A DNA stretch of 11,424 nt, from assembly GCA_000388065.2 (NCBI GenBank), contig KB932212.1. One strand, given 5' to 3'. Position 1 is the stretch's first letter, and each line of letters opens with the position of its first letter. A program made the translations under genes and the position numbers. Shown here piece by piece: positions 7,549 to 11,424 of this stretch. The notes below the pieces were generated by a model. The model was not told where the DNA came from. It was given only the letters and a program-made list of their open reading frames with translations, and did no database searches. This DNA is from Fonticula alba ATCC 38817. Its lineage: Eukaryota; Protista; Nucleariida.

Positions 7549-8379
7549 ATGTCCTACACCGAGCAGGACCTGGCGCGGCTGGATGGCCCGCTGCGGCTGG
7601 TCTGGCAGGCGTCGCACGCGCCGCTGGCTCGGTCCGCGGCGCCGGGCGACTCGTCCGGCACCACGGCCGCCCTGCAGCCGCGTCTCAGCCGCCGGGCCGT
7701 CGAGCTGGTCGACATCCCGATCGTCGTCGGTGCGTGCCTGGGCTCCTGTGCGCCTCTCCGGTCCATCGCCCGCCCTCGCAGTGACTGACACATGCACCTC
7801 CCCACACGTCGGGCCCAATGTGCGGCCTCCCGAAGATCTGCTGATCGACTGGACCGCCGGGGCCGGGGCCGAGTACTGTGCGCAGCTGGCGCCGCCGCTC
7901 CCCGGCCCGGCAGCCCTGTCCCTGCGCTTTTTGGCCTTCCTGCTGCTCGGGCTTGCGCGCATCCACGAGCGCCGGTCCTTGATTTTGCTGCGCGACAGCC
8001 GGGGGTTCCTCCGGCGGATGCGCCTGGCGGCGGCGCGCTTGGCAGCCGAGTCGGCGGCGGCCGCGGCCGCGGCCACCGCCGCCGCCGCGGCCGCCGCCTC
8101 CACAGCCGCGGCCACCGCCGCCGCGGGCCCGGACTCGGGCGGCGGCGTCGCCCCGCTGGGCGGCCCCCCCGGCGGGGCGGCCCTCCCCGCCCCGAGCATC
8201 TCGCTGCAGGACTTCCTCAGCCCGCGCGCCGGGCGCGACGTGACGGTCCCCGACTCGCGGCGCTTGCTTCCCACCGCGCCCGGCGGCCCGGCCGCCACCA
8301 TGGCGGATGACCGCTGGCCCGGCCAGCTCGGCCTCGGCCTCGGCCCCGGCGACCCGGGCCCACTCCTCCCGGACACTAG
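7549..8379 (+). CDS. Alpha-kleisin (Rad21/Rec8 family cohesin subunit), N-terminal part: join(7549..7729,7836..8379), alternative acceptor giving 7782
   Basis: MSYTEQDLARLDGPLRLVWQASH resembles MFY...GPL.KIWLAAH. LSRRAVELVDIPIVV|DLLI and LSLRFLAFLLLGLARIHERRSLILLRDS resemble LALR.SG.LLLGVVRIY.RK..YLL.D. SISLQDF resembles Rad21 ITLPE.F. Donors GTGCGT 7730 and GTACGC 8380. Confidence 0.82.
7730..7835 (+). other. Kleisin intron 1 (106 nt, phase 1; alternative 52-nt version ending 7781)
   Basis: GTGCGT donor, CTGAC 7785-7789, first downstream AG ends 7835. Both AG choices restore the frame of the LSLRF...GLARIH segment. Confidence 0.7.
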
Positions 8380-8449
8380 GTACGCGTGCGCCAGGGCCCA
8401 GCCGGGAGATCGGCCGGCACTCCTCGCGGGCCGACCTCCCGCCCCCCCC

Positions 8450-8839
8450 NNNNNNNNNNNNNNNNNNNNNNNNNNNNNNNNNNNNNNNNNNNNNNNNNNN
8501 NNNNNNNNNNNNNNNNNNNNNNNNNNNNNNNNNNNNNNNNNNNNNNNNNNNNNNNNNNNNNNNNNNNNNNNNNNNNNNNNNNNNNNNNNNNNNNNNNNNN
8601 NNNNNNNNNNNNNNNNNNNNNNNNNNNNNNNNNNNNNNNNNNNNNNNNNNNNNNNNNNNNNNNNNNNNNNNNNNNNNNNNNNNNNNNNNNNNNNNNNNNN
8701 NNNNNNNNNNNNNNNNNNNNNNNNNNNNNNNNNNNNNNNNNNNNNNNNNNNNNNNNNNNNNNNNNNNNNNNNNNNNNNNNNNNNNNNNNNNNNNNNNNNN
8801 NNNNNNNNNNNNNNNNNNNNNNNNNNNNNNNNNNNNNNN
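8450..8839. other. Assembly gap (390 N)
   Basis: Run of N. Confidence 1.
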
Positions 8840-9010
8840 GGGAGGGGGAGGACCGCGGCGCCCAAGCCCCGGAGCACACAAGGGGGCATTCGGCCGACGC
8901 GCGTCCTTGCCCTCTTGGACCAGAGGGGGCGCGGGCAGGGGTGCCTGGGCGCGCCAAGAGGAGCGACTTTCCCCCCGTTGCCCCGGACGGGACGGGGGCC
9001 GACACCAGAC

Positions 9011-9293
9011 GGGGTGGGGCGGGGCGGGGCGGGGCGGGGCGGGGCGGGGGGGGGAGGCACCTCAGACCACCCCCCTCCTTGGCCGAGGACAATGAGCGCC
9101 TCATCAGCAAGAGGGACCCCCCCCCGGGGGGGCGGGGCGTCGTGGGCGTGGGAGGGCTGCATCATCCGGGACCGATGGGGTGTACCCAAAGGACGACCAC
9201 GCGAGGAACAAGACAAGGCAAAATGACACACACGGTTAAGCAAGATCATGGGGCGCGGGGCGGGGCGGGGCGGGGCGGGGCGGGGAAGGGGGT
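9011..9293. repeat. Two (GGGGC)n arrays (~9011-9055 and ~9250-9285), G-quadruplex-competent on the + strand
   Basis: At least 7 consecutive G4-5 tracts separated by single bases in the first array, and at least 6 in the second. Confidence 0.85.
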
Positions 9294-9678
9294 GAGACCC
9301 GGAGTGAAACGCCTCGACCATCCGCGTGAGAGAAAGTACTGGGGGCGTGGGCGTGGCGCGGGGGGGGGTGGGTGGGGGCCAGGACAACTGCCCCCGTCGG
9401 CCGGCCGGAACGCAGGGCGCACACGGCCGAGCCAAGGAGCGGCTGGAACTCGACCAAAGGGGACACGATCGCCCCGGCCGCATGCCGACACCCAACTGGC
9501 GGGCTGAAATTCCGGCATGCGCCTGTTCGCACCAGCGAGGGCGAGCGGGGGATGCGGTGGCCGCAACTGGCGGTTTTTCCGCCGGACGTGCCGGCGCCCG
9601 ATGCCCGCCACACCCGGCGCCGCGCGTCCGGCCCCCCCCCTCCCCGCCATGTGCACATGCGCGCGCGCGCACGCACAG

Positions 9679-11262
9679 GACGTCGACATGGCCGATGCCG
9701 GCGCGCCTGCCCGGCCGGCGGCCCAGCAGCAGGCCGACCACACCCGGGCCCTGCTCCAGCGTGTCTTCTTCTTCCCCGGGGCCTTCGACCAGCCGGTCCT
9801 GCTGGACCCGGTCCCCCGGTCGGCGGCCTTCCGGTGGGACGCGCGGCCGGCCTTCGCGGCCAGCGACACGCGCGCCGGCGCCCTGCGCCAGGCCCTGGAC
9901 GCCCTCGGCCAGGAGGCCGATCTGGACCTGGCGCAGGGGCTGCTCCTGCGGGTGAATGCCGCCCAGGCGGACCCCCGCGGGCCGAGCGATGGCGCCTGGG
10001 CCGACCCGCCGCCGGGCGACCAGGACCTGGTGCCGACGCCGCTGCCGGCCGGGCTGGCCCCGCTGCCGGTGGCGGCCCTCAGCCAGCTGGCCACCCGGCG
10101 GACGGCCCGGCGCCGGGGCCCGTCGGCCGGCGACGCCCCGGCCCCCGGGACGCCCCACATGCCCGGGGGCTTCGACGACTTTGGGGACTTCTTCGGGCCC
10201 GGCGGCTTCGCCGGGTCGGGGCCGCTCCCGGGCGACATTGGTCCGGACCCGGACGGCCATATGGCCCTGGATTTCGAGTGGCAGCAGGTGGATGATGCGC
10301 TGGCTGGGGCGACCGGCGGCGACCGGGCCCCGGGCGCCGCGTCGGCCACCGGCTTCGGCTCGACGGCCGCCCTGCTGGACCAGGTGTCCGTGGACCAGCT
10401 GCTCGAGTCGGCCTGGGCCTCGGCGGTGGAGCTGCGCCGGTCCTTCGGCCTGCCGGACCTGGCGTCCCCGCCCCCGGGCCGGCGCGGGTCCCTGACTCCG
10501 GGCCCGGAGGCGGCCCTGCCCTCCGAGGCGCACATGCTGCACCCGGGCCCCGCGGCCGGGGCCCCCCTGGCGCCCCTCGACCCGCCGGATCTCCGGCACC
10601 TGGAGGCCACGGTGGCCACCGTGGTGGAGGCCTTCCTGCCGGCGCCGGGGCCGGAGTCAGGGACCCGCGCCGGCCCGCGGGCTGTCGCCCAGGACCCCGG
10701 GACCCCCGGCACCCCGGCCATCCCCCCAGCCCAAGGGCCCTTCTCGCCGGTGGACGCCGACCGGCGCCCGAGGCCCGGCACCCGCCCCGGGGCCGCCTCC
10801 CGGCCGGCCGTCTTCTCCGTCAACCCGGACATCGTGGCCGCACGCGCGGCGCTGGCCAGCGCCACGCCGGTGGTCTTCTTCCTGCGGGACATTGTGGCCC
10901 GGCCGGTGCCGGTGCCGGTGCCGGTGCCGGCGCCGGCCATGCTGCCTGCCCTGGCGACCGACCAGCCCCCAGGGGGGGTGGTGGTCCTGACCGAGCCGAC
11001 CCCGCAGCCGGGCCCGGCAGCCCCGGCCGGCGACGTCCTGCCCCGGCGGCCAAAGGTGGTGGCCCTCTTCTCGCAGCTGCTGCGCCTGCTGAATGCCGGC
11101 GGGGCGGGCTCCGGCTCGCGGCCGGCCACCCCGGCCGGCCTCCCCCCCGGGGACTGGGTGGCCTGGCAATCGGCCGGGGACATCGGCCTGGCGCCGCGCG
11201 TGTCGGCCACCGGCCTCGCGGCCCAGACCGCGCGCATTCGCGTGGAGATCTCCTCCGAATAG
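9679..11262 (+). CDS. Probable last exon of the alpha-kleisin (527 aa, low-complexity middle, Rad21/Rec8-type C-terminal winged-helix); could alternatively start at its own ATG 9688
   Basis: CACAG ends 9678, followed by a long frame with strong G/C-ending codons. VFFLRDI...RRPKVVALFSQLLRLL...WVAWQ...RIRV resembles SF..L...R..AA..FY.LL.L...I.V.Q..PY..I.I, with loop insertions. Stop TAG 11260-11262. The 5' boundary is uncertain because no clear CTRAC is visible. Confidence 0.68.
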   Translation, partial: DVDMADAGAPARPAAQQQADHTRALLQRVFFFPGAFDQPVLLDPVPRSAAFRWDARPAFAASDTRAGALRQALDALGQEADLDLAQGLLLRVNAAQADPRGPSDGAWADPPPGDQDLVPTPLPAGLAPLPVAALSQLATRRTARRRGPSAGDAPAPGTPHMPGGFDDFGDFFGPGGFAGSGPLPGDIGPDPDGHMALDFEWQQVDDALAGATGGDRAPGAASATGFGSTAALLDQVSVDQLLESAWASAVELRRSFGLPDLASPPPGRRGSLTPGPEAALPSEAHMLHPGPAAGAPLAPLDPPDLRHLEATVATVVEAFLPAPGPESGTRAGPRAVAQDPGTPGTPAIPPAQGPFSPVDADRRPRPGTRPGAASRPAVFSVNPDIVAARAALASATPVVFFLRDIVARPVPVPVPVPAPAMLPALATDQPPGGVVVLTEPTPQPGPAAPAGDVLPRRPKVVALFSQLLRLLNAGGAGSGSRPATPAGLPPGDWVAWQSAGDIGLAPRVSATGLAAQTARIRVEISSE

Positions 11263-11380
11263 CCCGCCCCCCCCCTCTCCCGCCGGGATCACCGCTGCCC
11301 CGGAGAGGCCCGGCAACAATACACCCCTCAGACACACGAAGGACCACGCAAATGCAGGCGCAAACACACATATATGCACA

Positions 11381-11424
11381 TGCACACATGCACACATGCA
11401 CACATGCACACATGCACACATGCA
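11381..11424. repeat. (TGCACACA)n microsatellite, at least 5.5 copies, truncated by the window end
   Basis: Exact 8-nt units from 11381. Confidence 0.95.

Noticed and set aside
8053-8098. 15-bp perfect inverted repeat in kleisin exon 2 (similar one near 955-985 in AdoMetDC)
   Set aside because: Follows directly from poly-Ala encoded by GCG then GCC codons; low-complexity by-product.
9061-9156. Possible antisense exon (PSHAHDAPPPRGGVPLADEALIVLGQGGGWSE) with branch-like CTTAAC and a pyrimidine tract on the minus strand
   Set aside because: Isolated, weak donor, no partner exons or recognisable homology; cannot be supported without transcripts.
3085-10599. ORFs of 600-1187 aa (3085..4899, 3980..6454, 4776..7235, 7036..10599, etc.)
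   Set aside because: They run through N gaps translated as X, and through repeats; not real reading frames.
797-11262. Functional gene cluster (SAM metabolism + RNA modification + cohesin)
   Set aside because: Pseudouridine synthases do not use SAM or polyamines and no shared pathway is known; co-orientation of three genes is unremarkable.

Overview
GC-rich, intron-containing eukaryotic genomic DNA (draft scaffold with three N-gaps: 4200-4729, 5625-5940, 8450-8839). The organism is probably a unicellular eukaryote but cannot be determined from the sequence. Three unrelated genes lie head-to-tail on the + strand. (1) An S-adenosylmethionine decarboxylase proenzyme, join(797..1251,1528..2638), 521 aa, preceded by at least 796 nt with no ATG. 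(2) A RluA-family (RluC-like, S4-domain) pseudouridine synthase with a likely mitochondrial presequence, 3727..7031, with one exon probably hidden in a gap. (3) A divergent alpha-kleisin (Rad21/Rec8 family) recognised from its N-terminal (7549..8379) and C-terminal (9679..11262) parts, which cannot be joined in frame from the visible sequence. Most long ORFs in the track are GC-content artefacts or run through Ns. Best leads: two substitutions in normally conserved AdoMetDC active-site motifs; candidate polyamine-responsive elements in the AdoMetDC leader; a perfect splice donor overlapping the pseudouridine synthase stop that could fuse it in frame to the kleisin; and whether the kleisin is one gene or split. 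All alignments were done by eye against remembered family motifs, and no database searches were run.
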